This document shows, piece after piece, positions 17,941-28,933 of a DNA stretch of 56,864 nucleotides. The notes beneath the pieces were generated by a model. That model had not been told where the DNA came from. It saw only the letters and a program-made list of their open reading frames with translations, and ran no database searches. Source of the stretch: Gammaproteobacteria bacterium (GTDB taxonomy: Bacteria > Pseudomonadota > Gammaproteobacteria > Eutrophobiales > Eutrophobiaceae); assembly GCA_051275005.1 (NCBI GenBank), contig JBNMOP010000001.1, positions 1-56,864 on the forward strand, given 5' to 3'. Position 1 is the first letter of the stretch; each line of letters begins with the position of its first letter. The position numbers and the translations under genes are program-made.

Positions 17941-17945
17941 TCCGT

Positions 17946-19361
17946 TTAGTATCGATAATAATCCGGTTTATAGGGTCCACTAATTTCTACCCCAATATAA
18001 TCCGCCTGCTGCTTTGTCAATTCAGTGAGGTTAGCGCCTACTCGATGTAGATGTAACCGTGCAACCTTTTCATCAAGGTGCTTTGGTAGCACATAGACAT
18101 TATTTTTATAGTCACCTTTATTGGAAAACAGTTCTATCTGTGCCAACACCTGATTAGTAAATGAATTTGACATGACAAAACTCGGATGCCCTGTCGCACA
18201 ACCTAGGTTAACCAATCGCCCTTTAGCCAGTAAAATTATTTTTTTACCGTCTGCAAATGTAACATGATCAACCTGAGGTTTAATCTCTTCCCAATCGCAA
18301 ACTTCAAGATCAGCAACATCAATTTCATTATCAAAATGACCAATATTACAAACTATGGCCTGATTCTTCATACGCTTCATATGATCAAAGGTAATGACAT
18401 GGGCGTTACCCGTTGCGGTAACAAAGATATCTACCTGGTCACATATATCGTTCATTTTAACCACGCGATAACCTTCCATAGCAGCTTGCAATGCACAAAT
18501 AGGGTCAACTTCAGTCACCCATACGGTGGCACCCAAGCCACGTAATGATTGCGCGCAGCCTTTACCTACATCACCGTATCCCAACACCAGGCAGGTCTTT
18601 CCAGCGATCATTACATCAGTTGCCCTTTTAATACCATCAACCAGAGACTCGCGACATCCGTATAAATTATCAAACTTTGACTTAGTAACAGAATCATTCA
18701 CATTAATAGCGGGAAAAGGCAACGATCCATCTTTTTGCATCTGATATAAACGATGAACGCCTGTAGTGGTCTCTTCCGTTACACCTTTAATCTCTGATTT
18801 GATTTTTGAATACCAGCCAGGATTTGTCTCAAGCTTTTTCTTGATAGCAGCAAATAGAACCTCTTCCTCTTCACTGCCGGGGTTATCTAATAATGTTGGA
18901 TCTGTTTCTGCATTAGAACCAAGTATGACCATTAATGTTGCATCACCACCATCATCTAATATCATGTTTGGCGTAGTACCGTCCGCCCATTCCATAATCC
19001 TGTGTGAGTAATCCCAGTATTCTTCCAGAGATTCACCTTTATAGGCAAACACAGGTATTTGCTGATCTGCAATAGCCGCAGCCGCATGATCCTGGGTTGA
19101 ATAGATATTACAAGAAGCCCATCTAACTTCTGCACCTAAGGCTACCAGAGTTTCAATTAACACTGCTGTCTGGATGGTCATGTGTAATGAACCAGCAATT
19201 TTTGCACCTTTGAGGGGTTGTTGCCCGGCATATTCTTCGCGAATTGCCATAAGACCTGGCATTTCGGTTTCAGCTATACGAATTTCTTTATGACCCCATG
19301 GTGATAAGGCCATGTCAGCAACATGGTGATCTGTAAACATAGACTGGCTGGCTACGCTCAT
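17946..19361 (-). CDS. ahcY: Adenosylhomocysteinase (SAH hydrolase)
   Basis: 471 aa; NAD-binding GYGDVGKG; conserved blocks throughout ([29 protein letters not shown]). Confidence 0.95.
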   Translation of the reverse strand: MSVASQSMFTDHHVADMALSPWGHKEIRIAETEMPGLMAIREEYAGQQPLKGAKIAGSLHMTIQTAVLIETLVALGAEVRWASCNIYSTQDHAAAAIADQQIPVFAYKGESLEEYWDYSHRIMEWADGTTPNMILDDGGDATLMVILGSNAETDPTLLDNPGSEEEEVLFAAIKKKLETNPGWYSKIKSEIKGVTEETTTGVHRLYQMQKDGSLPFPAINVNDSVTKSKFDNLYGCRESLVDGIKRATDVMIAGKTCLVLGYGDVGKGCAQSLRGLGATVWVTEVDPICALQAAMEGYRVVKMNDICDQVDIFVTATGNAHVITFDHMKRMKNQAIVCNIGHFDNEIDVADLEVCDWEEIKPQVDHVTFADGKKIILLAKGRLVNLGCATGHPSFVMSNSFTNQVLAQIELFSNKGDYKNNVYVLPKHLDEKVARLHLHRVGANLTELTKQQADYIGVEISGPYKPDYYRY

Positions 19362-19385
19362 CTTGTTATCCTCCTAACAATTTAA

Positions 19386-19454
19386 GCGAGCGCCGTTTTA
19401 AAGATTTATCGCACATCCAAGCCTGGCGGTGGTTACCGTCGCAGCGCTCCTCAG
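19386..19454 (-). promoter_or_regulatory. SAH riboswitch in the ahcY 5' leader
   Basis: Minus-strand RNA: CUGAGGAGCGCUGCGACGGUAACCACCGCCAGGCUUGGAUGUGCGAUAAAUCUUUAAAACGGCGCUCGC. It contains the hallmark GAGGAGCGCUGCGAC, CAGGCU.GG and AACGGCGCUC elements (pseudoknot GAGCGC/GCGCUC). The SD AGGAGG and the ahcY ATG follow. Confidence 0.8.
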
Positions 19455-19550
19455 ATATGTTGATCGATTATTTATTCCCTGAAATAAAAACCAGGGCGGG
19501 GAAGTATAGACTCCAGAGATTATTTTTTCTAGTGCTAAGGTAACTGGGCT

Positions 19551-20729
19551 TCAGGTCGCATTTGTCAGTCCAGCAGCATCTCTAAGCGCATCTGACTTAT
19601 CTGTAACCTCCCAAGGAAATTGCACGTCTTCCCTGCCAAAATGACCATAGGCTGCACTTTGCTTATAAATCGGTCGCAGCAAATCCAGGGATTGGATAAT
19701 CGCCTTTGGTCGAAGATCAAAATGCTCCCTGATCAGCGCAACGATAGTATCTTCATCAATTTTACTGGTGCCAAATGTATTAACCATGAGACTAACCGGC
19801 TCTGCAACGCCGATAGCATAGGCCAATTGCACTTCACACTTGTCGGCAAGGCCTGCTGCGACGATATTTTTTGCTACATAACGCCCTGCATATGCGGCCG
19901 ATCTGTCTACCTTGGAGGGGTCTTTACCGGAGAATGCGCCGCCACCATGATGAGCAGAACCACCATAGGTATCCACAATAATCTTCCTGCCTGTTAATCC
20001 ACAATCCCCTACCGGTCCACCGATTACAAATCTACCGGTAGGATTTACCAGAAACCGTGTCTCAGCTGTAATCATGTTTTCTGGTAATACGGGTTTGATA
20101 ATTTCTTCTATGACTGCTTCTGATAATTCCTTGTGTTCCACGTCTACTGCATGCTGAGTAGACAATACAACTGTATCAACAGATGTAGGCTTTCCGTCTT
20201 CGTATACCACAGTTACCTGTGATTTTGCATCTGGCCTTAGCCAGGGCAATAAACCACTTTTACGTACTTCAGATTGTTTTTTTACCAATAGATGCGCATA
20301 GGTAATGGCGAATGGCATTAAAACATTCGTCTCGTTACACGCATAACCAAACATCAATCCCTGGTCGCCAGCCCCTTGATCCAGATCCAGACCCTGACCC
20401 TCGTTGACACCTTGAGCAATATCAGCTGATTGTTTATCAAGCGACACAAGAACCGCACAGGTATCGGCATCAAATCCCATTTCAGAAGAGGTATAGCCTA
20501 TTTCACGAATGGTATTACGGGTAAGTTCTGTATAATCCACGGTTGCATTTGAGGTTATTTCACCTGAAAGTACCACCATGCCCGTGTTAATCATCGTCTC
20601 GCATGCCACCCTCGACGCAGGATCTTGAGCGAGCAGCGCATCCAGCACTGAATCTGAAACCTGATCTGCTATTTTATCAGGATGTCCCTCTGATACTGAC
20701 TCAGAAGTAAATAGATAATTCTTCTGCAT
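19551..20729 (-). CDS. metK: S-adenosylmethionine synthetase
   Basis: [31 protein letters not shown]; 392 aa. Confidence 0.95.
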   Translation of the reverse strand: MQKNYLFTSESVSEGHPDKIADQVSDSVLDALLAQDPASRVACETMINTGMVVLSGEITSNATVDYTELTRNTIREIGYTSSEMGFDADTCAVLVSLDKQSADIAQGVNEGQGLDLDQGAGDQGLMFGYACNETNVLMPFAITYAHLLVKKQSEVRKSGLLPWLRPDAKSQVTVVYEDGKPTSVDTVVLSTQHAVDVEHKELSEAVIEEIIKPVLPENMITAETRFLVNPTGRFVIGGPVGDCGLTGRKIIVDTYGGSAHHGGGAFSGKDPSKVDRSAAYAGRYVAKNIVAAGLADKCEVQLAYAIGVAEPVSLMVNTFGTSKIDEDTIVALIREHFDLRPKAIIQSLDLLRPIYKQSAAYGHFGREDVQFPWEVTDKSDALRDAAGLTNAT

Positions 20730-20799
20730 AATTTAAATCCTTAAAGATAATGTTAAGATGGAAAAATGGCAATACTATACGCTAAAATTATAAATTTTT

Positions 20800-20829
20800 T
20801 TAAATTCAAAACTATTATCTTGAATTTAA
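20800..20829. promoter_or_regulatory. Perfect 10-bp inverted repeat (TTAAATTCAA-N10-TTGAATTTAA), candidate operator in the divergent metK / thioredoxin-like promoter region
   Basis: Read directly from the sequence. About 70 nt upstream of the metK ATG and about 33 nt upstream of the ATG at 20862. Confidence 0.25.
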
Positions 20830-20861
20830 CCATACATTAACCACCTAAAAATGAGGTAAAA

Positions 20862-21416
20862 ATGGCATTAATGCAACCGCCAGCATGTGACTACGGGACC
20901 ATGGCAATTGATTTTAATCTATTGGGAACTGATGGCGAAATGTGGTCACTTGAAAAAGCCCAAGGTGAAAATGGTACATTAATCATGTTCATTTGTAACC
21001 ATTGTCCTTATGTTAAAGCTATCCAGTCATTACTAGTTCGCGATACCAGGGAATTACTAGAGCATGGGATAAATACGGTAGCGATTATGTCAAACGATAT
21101 AGAGTCTTTCCCTGAAGATTCATATGAAAATATGCAAAAAGCTTCTATTGAAATGAGCTATGTTTTTCCTTACTTAATCGACACGACGCAAAATGTCGCT
21201 CAATCCTACGGTGCGATTTGTACACCAGATTTTTTTGGATATAACCGCAATCTGGCGTTGCAATACCGTGGCCGGCTGGACGAAACCACGCCATCAAATT
21301 CCAATCCAGACGCATCTCGGGATTTGTTTGAGGCGATGAAACAGATTGCCAGGACTGACGCAGGTCCAAAACAACAAATTTCAAGTATGGGTTGCTCCAT
21401 TAAATGGCGGGATTAG
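20862..21416 (+). CDS. Thioredoxin-fold (AhpC/TSA-redoxin-like) protein
   Basis: 184 aa; CxxC motif in FICNHCPYV; redoxin-like length and pattern. Confidence 0.7.
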   Translation: MALMQPPACDYGTMAIDFNLLGTDGEMWSLEKAQGENGTLIMFICNHCPYVKAIQSLLVRDTRELLEHGINTVAIMSNDIESFPEDSYENMQKASIEMSYVFPYLIDTTQNVAQSYGAICTPDFFGYNRNLALQYRGRLDETTPSNSNPDASRDLFEAMKQIARTDAGPKQQISSMGCSIKWRD

Positions 21417-21744
21417 AAAAATATTGTTTAAGTCAGTGATTTGCTAAATATAAGGATGTCTGATCAATATCAATTACCACAAGTATTTGATATTGTGAGC
21501 GAAGTAAAAACCATACTTACACAACCTGTCCTCCTGGAAGTCCTGGATGGTCAAATTCATAGCTTCATTTAATTAATTCAGACTTGCTCAACGGCACTGC
21601 CTGAGCGACAATATGTAACCCTGTGATGCAGGGAACCCGCCTTTCAGAACTAGACAAATGATATGTGCCGACTGTTTCTGTTAGCAAAATAATCCCGATA
21701 ACAAATTTTTAACGACCTAATGTCGAATAACAATGGAGATACAC

Positions 21745-23739
21745 ATGCTAACCAGGCATGAAATAGCAAATGCAATACGTGTCCTAAGCATGGACGCTGT
21801 TCAAAAGGCAAATTCAGGTCACCCAGGTGCGCCCATGGGAATGGCTGACATCGCAGAAGTCCTATGGAATGATTTTTTAAAACATAATCCGACCAATCCA
21901 AATTGGGTGGACAGAGACCGATTTATCATGTCCAACGGACATGGCTCCATGTTGTTATATTCTCTCTTGCACCTCACTGGTTACGATCTGTCTATTGACG
22001 ACATTAAAAAATTCCGGCAATTACATTCTAAAACCCCCGGTCACCCTGAATATGGCTATACCCCTGGCGTGGAAACCACCACCGGTCCGTTGGGGCAAGG
22101 TATTGCCAATGCTGTAGGTATGGCCCTGGCAGAAAAAACCCTCGCTGCCCAGTTCAATCGTGATGAACTGGATATCGTCAATCATTACACTTATGTCACA
22201 GTCGGTGATGGATGTCTGATGGAAGGCATCTCCCACGAGGCATGTTCTCTTGCTGGTTCAATGGCATTGGGTAAACTTATTACAATCTATGACAGTAATG
22301 GCATATCCATTGATGGTGAGATCACTGGCTGGTTTACAGATGATGTAGCAAAGCGTTTTGAATCTTACCAATGGCATGTCATACGAGACGTGGACGGTCA
22401 TAACCCGAAGGAAATATCTGCCGCTATTAAAGAAGCCCGGGCAGTAATGGATAAACCAAGTTTGATCTGTTGTAAAACCATTATTGGATGGGGCTCACCC
22501 AACAAGCAGGGCAAAGCATCATCTCATGGGGCAGCCTTGGGTACCGATGAAGTTACTTTGGTTAGAAAAACCCTGAATTGGAAATATGATGCTTTTGTAA
22601 TCCCTGAGGAATATTACCGAGCATGGGACTGTCGCGTCAGTGGTTCAAAAAAAGAACAAGATTGGAATAATAAATTTGATGACTACCAGGATAAATATCC
22701 TGAACTGGCGGGGGAATTTCAGCGCAGGGCACAGGGCAATCTTCCTGACGACTGGAAAAAAACGGTTTTAAATTATATCAATAATACAAATGAAAAAGCC
22801 GAGACCATCCCATCACGCAAGGCATCTCAAAATTCACTCAATGCATATGGTCCTGAATTACCTGAGTTAATTGGTGGCTCTGCTGACCTCACCGGATCGA
22901 ACCTGACACTTTGGTCCGGATCAACCATAAATACTCCTGATAATCCTGAAGGTAATTACATCTATTATGGGGTGAGAGAATTCGCTATGTGTGCAATCAA
23001 TACAGGTATTGCGCTACACGGCGGTTTCATTCCCTATGGCGGCACATTCCTGATTTTTTCTGAATACGCTCGTAATGCCTTGCGCATGGCAGCATTGATG
23101 AAACAACGCAATATCTATGTCTTTACCCACGATTCTATCGGTCTAGGTGAGGACGGACCAACACATCAGGCCGTAGAGCAAGCAGCTACTCTGCGGATGA
23201 TACCAAACATGTCAACATGGCGACCCTGTGACACAGTCGAGACTGCCGTTGCCTGGGCCACCGCCATAGAGAATAAAAATGGCCCCACATCACTATTGTT
23301 ATCTAGGCAAGACCTCATTCATGTAGAGCGTAACAAAGAACAGACCGAAAATATTTCTCGTGGGGCCTACGTACTTTCAGGGGGCAATGAAATTCCTGAT
23401 GTTATTATTATTGCTACTGGTTCTGAAATTGGCATTGCATTGGAGGCTGCAAAAAGTCGTAGCCTGGAGAATAACAAGATCCGGGTTGTATCCATGCCGT
23501 CAACTGATCTGTATGACGCCCAGGATGATGACTACAAAAATAGCGTCTTACCTGATGAATGCCGCAAAAGAATTGCGGTTGAAGCGGGCATTCCGGACTA
23601 CTGGCGGAAATATGTGGGTTTGGACGGCCAGATTCTTGGTGTACCAGGCTTCGGAGAGTCTGCACCTGGAGATGATGTATATGAACATTTTAGTATTACT
23701 ACACATACCCTGATTAACATGATCAAAGGTATTCTTTGA
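21745..23739 (+). CDS. tkt: Transketolase
   Basis: [28 protein letters not shown] matches the E. coli Tkt N-terminus. GGAGA RBS 5 nt before ATG at 21745 (the track start at 21733 is probably too long). Confidence 0.95.
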   Translation: MLTRHEIANAIRVLSMDAVQKANSGHPGAPMGMADIAEVLWNDFLKHNPTNPNWVDRDRFIMSNGHGSMLLYSLLHLTGYDLSIDDIKKFRQLHSKTPGHPEYGYTPGVETTTGPLGQGIANAVGMALAEKTLAAQFNRDELDIVNHYTYVTVGDGCLMEGISHEACSLAGSMALGKLITIYDSNGISIDGEITGWFTDDVAKRFESYQWHVIRDVDGHNPKEISAAIKEARAVMDKPSLICCKTIIGWGSPNKQGKASSHGAALGTDEVTLVRKTLNWKYDAFVIPEEYYRAWDCRVSGSKKEQDWNNKFDDYQDKYPELAGEFQRRAQGNLPDDWKKTVLNYINNTNEKAETIPSRKASQNSLNAYGPELPELIGGSADLTGSNLTLWSGSTINTPDNPEGNYIYYGVREFAMCAINTGIALHGGFIPYGGTFLIFSEYARNALRMAALMKQRNIYVFTHDSIGLGEDGPTHQAVEQAATLRMIPNMSTWRPCDTVETAVAWATAIENKNGPTSLLLSRQDLIHVERNKEQTENISRGAYVLSGGNEIPDVIIIATGSEIGIALEAAKSRSLENNKIRVVSMPSTDLYDAQDDDYKNSVLPDECRKRIAVEAGIPDYWRKYVGLDGQILGVPGFGESAPGDDVYEHFSITTHTLINMIKGIL

Positions 23740-23775
23740 GTTTTTATTTATTTGAAACATAACTGGAGTATATAA

Positions 23776-24789
23776 ATGGCAATTAAAATTGGTATCAACG
23801 GATATGGGAGAATCGGCAGGAATATCTTAAGAGCTTTGTATGAATCCGGGCGCACTGATGAAATTCAGATTGTTGCTATCAATGATCTGGGTAATGCAGA
23901 AACTAACGCTCATCTAACCCGGTATGATACGGCACACGGTAAATTTCCAGGGACCGTAGAGGTTGATGGTGACTACATGATCGTTAATGGCGATAAGATT
24001 AGAGTGTTGTCAGAAAGAGACCCGGCCAGTCTTCCATGGGGCGACCTTGGCGTAGAGGTGGTACACGAATCAACTGGTTTTTTTACCAGTAAAGAAAAAG
24101 CAGGCAAACATATTGAGGCAGGTGCCAGTAAAGTAATAATCTCTGCACCAGGTAGCAAAGATATCGACGCAACCGTAGTTTATGGCGTTAACCATGACGT
24201 ATTGACCTCATCACACACTGTAATCTCCAATGCATCCTGTACAACTAATTGTCTAGCTCCGTTGGCTAAAGTACTGCACGAAGGTATTGGTATCGTCAGT
24301 GGTATTATGACGACCATTCATTCCTATACAAATGATCAGGTACTGACAGATGTCTATCATCCAGACCTGCGCCGGGCCCGCTCGGCAACCATGTCCATGA
24401 TACCGGCCAGTACCGGTGCGGCGACCGCAGTGGGTCTGGTATTACCCGAGCTGAATGGCAAACTCGATGGCTTTGCAGTGAGAGTACCAACCATTAACGT
24501 ATCCATGGTCGATTTAAGTTTTATATCAAGTAAAGACACTTCAATAGAAGAGATTGATAAATTAGTAAAAGATGCCAGTAATGGACAGCTAAAAGGAATA
24601 CTTGATTATAATAATGAACCTCTGGTTTCTATTGATTTTAATCACAACCCGGCCTCATCAACCTATGATGCAGCGCTTACAAAAGTAATCGAAAAGAGAC
24701 TCGTCAAAGTTGTTGCCTGGTACGATAACGAATGGGGTTTTTCAAATCGTATGCTCGACACCACTATTGCATTAATGAACGCAAAGTAA
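23776..24789 (+). CDS. gap: Glyceraldehyde-3-phosphate dehydrogenase
   Basis: [10 protein letters not shown], active site [20 protein letters not shown]; 337 aa. Confidence 0.93.
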   Translation: MAIKIGINGYGRIGRNILRALYESGRTDEIQIVAINDLGNAETNAHLTRYDTAHGKFPGTVEVDGDYMIVNGDKIRVLSERDPASLPWGDLGVEVVHESTGFFTSKEKAGKHIEAGASKVIISAPGSKDIDATVVYGVNHDVLTSSHTVISNASCTTNCLAPLAKVLHEGIGIVSGIMTTIHSYTNDQVLTDVYHPDLRRARSATMSMIPASTGAATAVGLVLPELNGKLDGFAVRVPTINVSMVDLSFISSKDTSIEEIDKLVKDASNGQLKGILDYNNEPLVSIDFNHNPASSTYDAALTKVIEKRLVKVVAWYDNEWGFSNRMLDTTIALMNAK

Positions 24790-24798
24790 GTTGATTTA

Positions 24799-26013
24799 AT
24801 GTCTAAAAATACTCTCTTTACTACGCTAGATGATATTCAACTATCAGGCAAAAATATTCTGGTCCGAGTAGATTTCAATGTCCCTATTTTGAATGGAAAC
24901 ATTCTGGATTTCACACGTATCCAGGCAACGCTACCCACAATTAAAAAGATATTGAATTCTGGTGGTAACATCATATTAATGTCCCATATGGGAAGGCCGG
25001 TTGAAGGCAAGTTTGATGAAAATTGCAGTCTGTTGCCTGTTTCAAAAGCACTGTCTATACTCCTCGGTTTAGAGGTTAAATTTGTTACAGATTGGACGCG
25101 GATTAATAATAAATCTAAGCATAGAGTATTTCTTCTAGAAAATGTCCGTTTTCAAACTGGAGAAACTTCTAACGACGAAAATCTCTCACGAAAAATGGCA
25201 TCAATGTGTGATGTATATGTAAATGATGCGTTTGCCGCAGCTCACAGATCCCATGCATCAACCTCTGGTGTTGCAAAATATGCCCCGGTAGTTTGTGCAG
25301 GACCGTTAATGGTAAAAGAAATTGAGGCGCTTACAACTGCATTTAATAACCCGGCCCATCCTTTAATTGCAATTGTTGGAGGATCCAAGGTTTCCTCAAA
25401 ACTTAGCGTTCTTAAATCATTGCTGACCAGGGTAGATAAGTTGATAGTAGGTGGCGGAATAGCTAATACATTTATGAAGGCATCGGGAGTAAACATTGGA
25501 AAATCATTGTGTGAAAATGAACTCCTTACTACAGCTACTGAAATATTAGATATGGCAAAGCTGCAAGGTAAAGAGGTTCCTTTACCAACTGATGTCGTGT
25601 GTGGAAAATTATTAGATAAAAATTCTACAGCGGTAACCAAACCCATAGGAGAAATCCAAGAGGACGATCTGATACTGGATATTGGTCCAGAGACTACAAA
25701 AGCATATATAAATGCCATCACAGATTCAAAAACCATAATCTGGAACGGGCCTGTAGGTGTATTTGAAATTGATCAATACAGCCAAGGTACTGAGTTAATA
25801 GGTAAGGCAATTGCTAATAGTAAGGCGTTTTCAGTGGCAGGAGGGGGCGATACTTTGTCCGCCATTTCAAAATTTAATATTGGCGCTGATATCTCATATA
25901 TCACCACAGCAGGTGGGGCATTTCTCGAATTTCTTGAAGGCAAAACCCTGCCAGCTATTGCCATACTAGAAGAATGTGCGCTGGCCTGGAAAGCAACAGA
26001 AGCAGAATATTAA
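24799..26013 (+). CDS. pgk: Phosphoglycerate kinase
   Basis: RVDFNVP, conserved GGAFLEFLEGK... C-terminal block; 404 aa. Confidence 0.93.
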   Translation: MSKNTLFTTLDDIQLSGKNILVRVDFNVPILNGNILDFTRIQATLPTIKKILNSGGNIILMSHMGRPVEGKFDENCSLLPVSKALSILLGLEVKFVTDWTRINNKSKHRVFLLENVRFQTGETSNDENLSRKMASMCDVYVNDAFAAAHRSHASTSGVAKYAPVVCAGPLMVKEIEALTTAFNNPAHPLIAIVGGSKVSSKLSVLKSLLTRVDKLIVGGGIANTFMKASGVNIGKSLCENELLTTATEILDMAKLQGKEVPLPTDVVCGKLLDKNSTAVTKPIGEIQEDDLILDIGPETTKAYINAITDSKTIIWNGPVGVFEIDQYSQGTELIGKAIANSKAFSVAGGGDTLSAISKFNIGADISYITTAGGAFLEFLEGKTLPAIAILEECALAWKATEAEY

Positions 26014-26020
26014 TAACTCT

Positions 26021-27463
26021 ATGCGTAGGACTAAAATAATAGCAACACTAGGACCAGCAACGGATAAGCCTGGTATTCTTGAGAAATTGGTATTATCTGG
26101 CGTTGATCTATTCAGATTAAATTATTCCCACGATAAAAAAGCTGCCCATAAAAATCGTATCCATCAAATCCGTGAGATAACTAAAAGACTTGGCGTAGAA
26201 ACCGGCATAATTGCAGATCTACAAGGTCCCAAAATCCGCCTGGGAAATTTTCGAGAAGGAAAAATTATATTAAATGAAAATGACCTGTTTATATTGGATA
26301 CCGAGCTGGCAACAAACGCAGGGACTAAATCGCGTGTCGGTGTTACCTATAAAAATCTTGCAAAGGATGTTAAAAAAGGAAATTTATTACTTATAGATGA
26401 TGGCAGGATAGAACTGATAGTTGAAAGTATTTCAGGCAGCAAGATACATTGTAAAACAATTGTAGGCGGAACCTTATCAAACAGCAAGGGCATAAACCTT
26501 CTGGGTGGTGGCTTGTCTGCCAAGGCACTAACGGAAAAAGACAAAACTGACCTGATCCATGCCGTAAACCTGGGCGTTGATTACATCGCCGTATCGTTTG
26601 TTAGAACCGCCAAGGATATTCAGTCTACTCGAACCCAACTTAAGAAGCTTAAAAGTAAAACACGCATAATAGCAAAGTTTGAACGTACAGAGGCAATAGA
26701 AAATGCAGAGGAAATTATTAATGCTGCCGATGCGATCATGATTGCCAGAGGTGATATGGGTGTTGAAATTGGTGATGCAGCACTCCCTCCTGTTCAAAAA
26801 CGATTAATTAACCTTGCGCGGGAAATGGACACTGCAGTGATTACTGCTACCCAGATGATGGAATCAATGATTGGTAATCAAACACCACTACGTGCAGAGG
26901 TATTTGATGTTGCAAATGCCGTTCTCGATGGTACAGATGCAGTAATGCTTTCAGGAGAGACCAGTATCGGCCGATACCCTGTAAAGGTAGTTCAGACCAT
27001 GGCTAAGATTTGTGAAGAAACTGAAAAGCAACGTGCGATCCGCACTTCTGATCACAGAATTAATAATAGATTCGAGAAAGTTGATGAGGCTATTGCGATG
27101 GCAACTATGTATGCTGCAAACCATATCGGCGCCAAAGCCATTGCAGCGCTAACAGAAACAGGATCTACTTGCTTATGGATGTCACGCATCAGTTCTGGTA
27201 TTCCAATTTTTGCCTTTACCCGACACCTAAGTACAATGCGCAGGGTCAAGTTATATCGTGGTATTTATCCAGTATTATTTGATGTAACTACAACAGATAC
27301 GACTGAAGTTAATCATGAAATAATCGATGATTTGCTACAACAAAATCATTTGTCAGAAGGCGATCTGGTTATTATCACAAAAGGTGATCTGAAAGGTCTT
27401 CGTGGAGGGACCAACACAATGAAGATCATTAAAGTTGGCGATCCTACAGGAAGAATTAACTAA
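26021..27463 (+). CDS. pyk: Pyruvate kinase
   Basis: MRRTKIIATLGPA, MIARGDMGVEI, MLSGETS. The track start (GTG at 25976) overlaps pgk; ATG at 26021 is preferred. Confidence 0.93.
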   Translation: MRRTKIIATLGPATDKPGILEKLVLSGVDLFRLNYSHDKKAAHKNRIHQIREITKRLGVETGIIADLQGPKIRLGNFREGKIILNENDLFILDTELATNAGTKSRVGVTYKNLAKDVKKGNLLLIDDGRIELIVESISGSKIHCKTIVGGTLSNSKGINLLGGGLSAKALTEKDKTDLIHAVNLGVDYIAVSFVRTAKDIQSTRTQLKKLKSKTRIIAKFERTEAIENAEEIINAADAIMIARGDMGVEIGDAALPPVQKRLINLAREMDTAVITATQMMESMIGNQTPLRAEVFDVANAVLDGTDAVMLSGETSIGRYPVKVVQTMAKICEETEKQRAIRTSDHRINNRFEKVDEAIAMATMYAANHIGAKAIAALTETGSTCLWMSRISSGIPIFAFTRHLSTMRRVKLYRGIYPVLFDVTTTDTTEVNHEIIDDLLQQNHLSEGDLVIITKGDLKGLRGGTNTMKIIKVGDPTGRIN

Positions 27464-27551
27464 TCGTACATATTCACTACTGTTAACATCTTCATCAAGA
27501 TAAATAGTAAACTATAAATATTAATATAACGTCTTTAAAGGGAGTCTATAT

Positions 27552-28574
27552 ATGGGTGATTTTTCACAAGAATTAGAAAAAACTGCTAACGCGATGGTAG
27601 CATCTGGTAAAGGTATCCTCGCTATAGATGAAAGCTTTCCTACGATTGAAAAACGATTTAAAGCGATTAATACCGAGTCCACGGAAGAAAACCGTCGGGC
27701 ATACCGTGACCTTTTGATTACGGCAGCTGATTGTTCAAAATATATAAGCGGGATGATTCTGTTCGATGAAACAATTCGTCAATCAGACAGTAATGGAACG
27801 CCATTTACAAAAGCCATGATTAATCAAGGCATAATGCCAGGCATCAAGGTTGATACAGGCGCAAAAGACCTGGCAGGTCATGCAAATGAAAAAGTTACAG
27901 AAGGCCTTGATGGATTAAGAGGTCGGTTGACTGAATATCGGAATCTAGGCGCAAAATTTGCTAAATGGCGGGCTGTAATCACCATTGGTAATGGTATTCC
28001 AAGTAACGCTTGTATTGAGGCAAATACTCATGCACTAGCACGCTATGCTGCCCTCTGCCAGGAGGCGGGAATTGTTCCTATGGTGGAGCCTGAAGTATTA
28101 ATGGATGCCGACAATACGATTGATACCTGTTATGAGGTAACTGAAAAGACCCTAATCTCTTTATTTAGCGCCCTAAAGAAACAAAATGTAACGATAGAAC
28201 ACACTATATTAAAAGTGAATATGGTGATATCAGGAAAACAATGTTCTGACCAGGCAGGAATAGGTGAAGTGGCTGACAAAACGGTTAAATGTTTAAAGGC
28301 TACGGTACCTTCGGAATTACCCGGAATCGTTTTTCTCTCAGGTGGACAAAGCTCCGAGTTAGCTACTGCTCATTTAAACGCCATGAATGCTGGAAATACT
28401 GATCTACCCTGGCCGTTAAGTTTTTCCTATGGACGTGCGTTACAAGAAGCCTGCTTATCGGCCTGGGAAGGTAAAAAGGAAAATGTAGCAAATGCTCAAT
28501 CAGCACTTCTGAATCGGGAAAAACTTAATAGCCTGGCATGTTTAGGTAAATATACTGAAGATATGGAAGGCTAG
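27552..28574 (+). CDS. fba: Fructose-bisphosphate aldolase, class I
   Basis: GKGILAIDES, FAKWRAV, LSGGQS class I aldolase blocks; 340 aa. Confidence 0.9.
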   Translation: MGDFSQELEKTANAMVASGKGILAIDESFPTIEKRFKAINTESTEENRRAYRDLLITAADCSKYISGMILFDETIRQSDSNGTPFTKAMINQGIMPGIKVDTGAKDLAGHANEKVTEGLDGLRGRLTEYRNLGAKFAKWRAVITIGNGIPSNACIEANTHALARYAALCQEAGIVPMVEPEVLMDADNTIDTCYEVTEKTLISLFSALKKQNVTIEHTILKVNMVISGKQCSDQAGIGEVADKTVKCLKATVPSELPGIVFLSGGQSSELATAHLNAMNAGNTDLPWPLSFSYGRALQEACLSAWEGKKENVANAQSALLNREKLNSLACLGKYTEDMEG

Positions 28575-28596
28575 ATATTAGTGACCTTCAACAAAT

Positions 28597-28625
28597 AAAC
28601 CCGCACTAGTGCGGGTTTATTGATT
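28597..28625. terminator. Bidirectional rho-independent terminator between fba and the convergent lipoprotein gene
   Basis: AAACCCGCAC-TAGT-GCGGGTTT stem-loop, flanked by a T-run on the plus strand (TTTATTGATTT) and by TTTATTTGTTG on the minus strand. Confidence 0.8.
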
Positions 28626-28691
28626 TAGAAGTCTGTATTACGCAGTTACATCTGATTATTTAATTTACAAACCTTAGTAGCTACTCTTGGT

Positions 28692-28913
28692 TTATTTATC
28701 TGCCTTTGCCAATAATTCCTGAACACGTTTTGCCTTTTCAGCTGGTTCCAGTGCAGAAGCCCAAATATCTTCCATCGTCTCCGCCTGGGATACCTCTGCT
28801 GTAACTTCAACCGATTGTTGAGCAGAATCATTTGCGTTTGTTGCTTCGTCACTGGAGCATCCATAAATCGACAATGCAGAAATGAGTAGAAGGCTGACAA
28901 AAATGTTTTTCAT
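28692..28913 (-). CDS. Small predicted lipoprotein (73 aa)
   Basis: MKNIFVSLLLISALSIYGCSSDE has a lipobox. AGGAG RBS 6 nt upstream of ATG at 28913. Acidic/helical mature part; no family recognised. Confidence 0.6.
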   Translation of the reverse strand: MKNIFVSLLLISALSIYGCSSDEATNANDSAQQSVEVTAEVSQAETMEDIWASALEPAEKAKRVQELLAKADK

Positions 28914-28933
28914 ATCATACTCCTGGAGATTAT

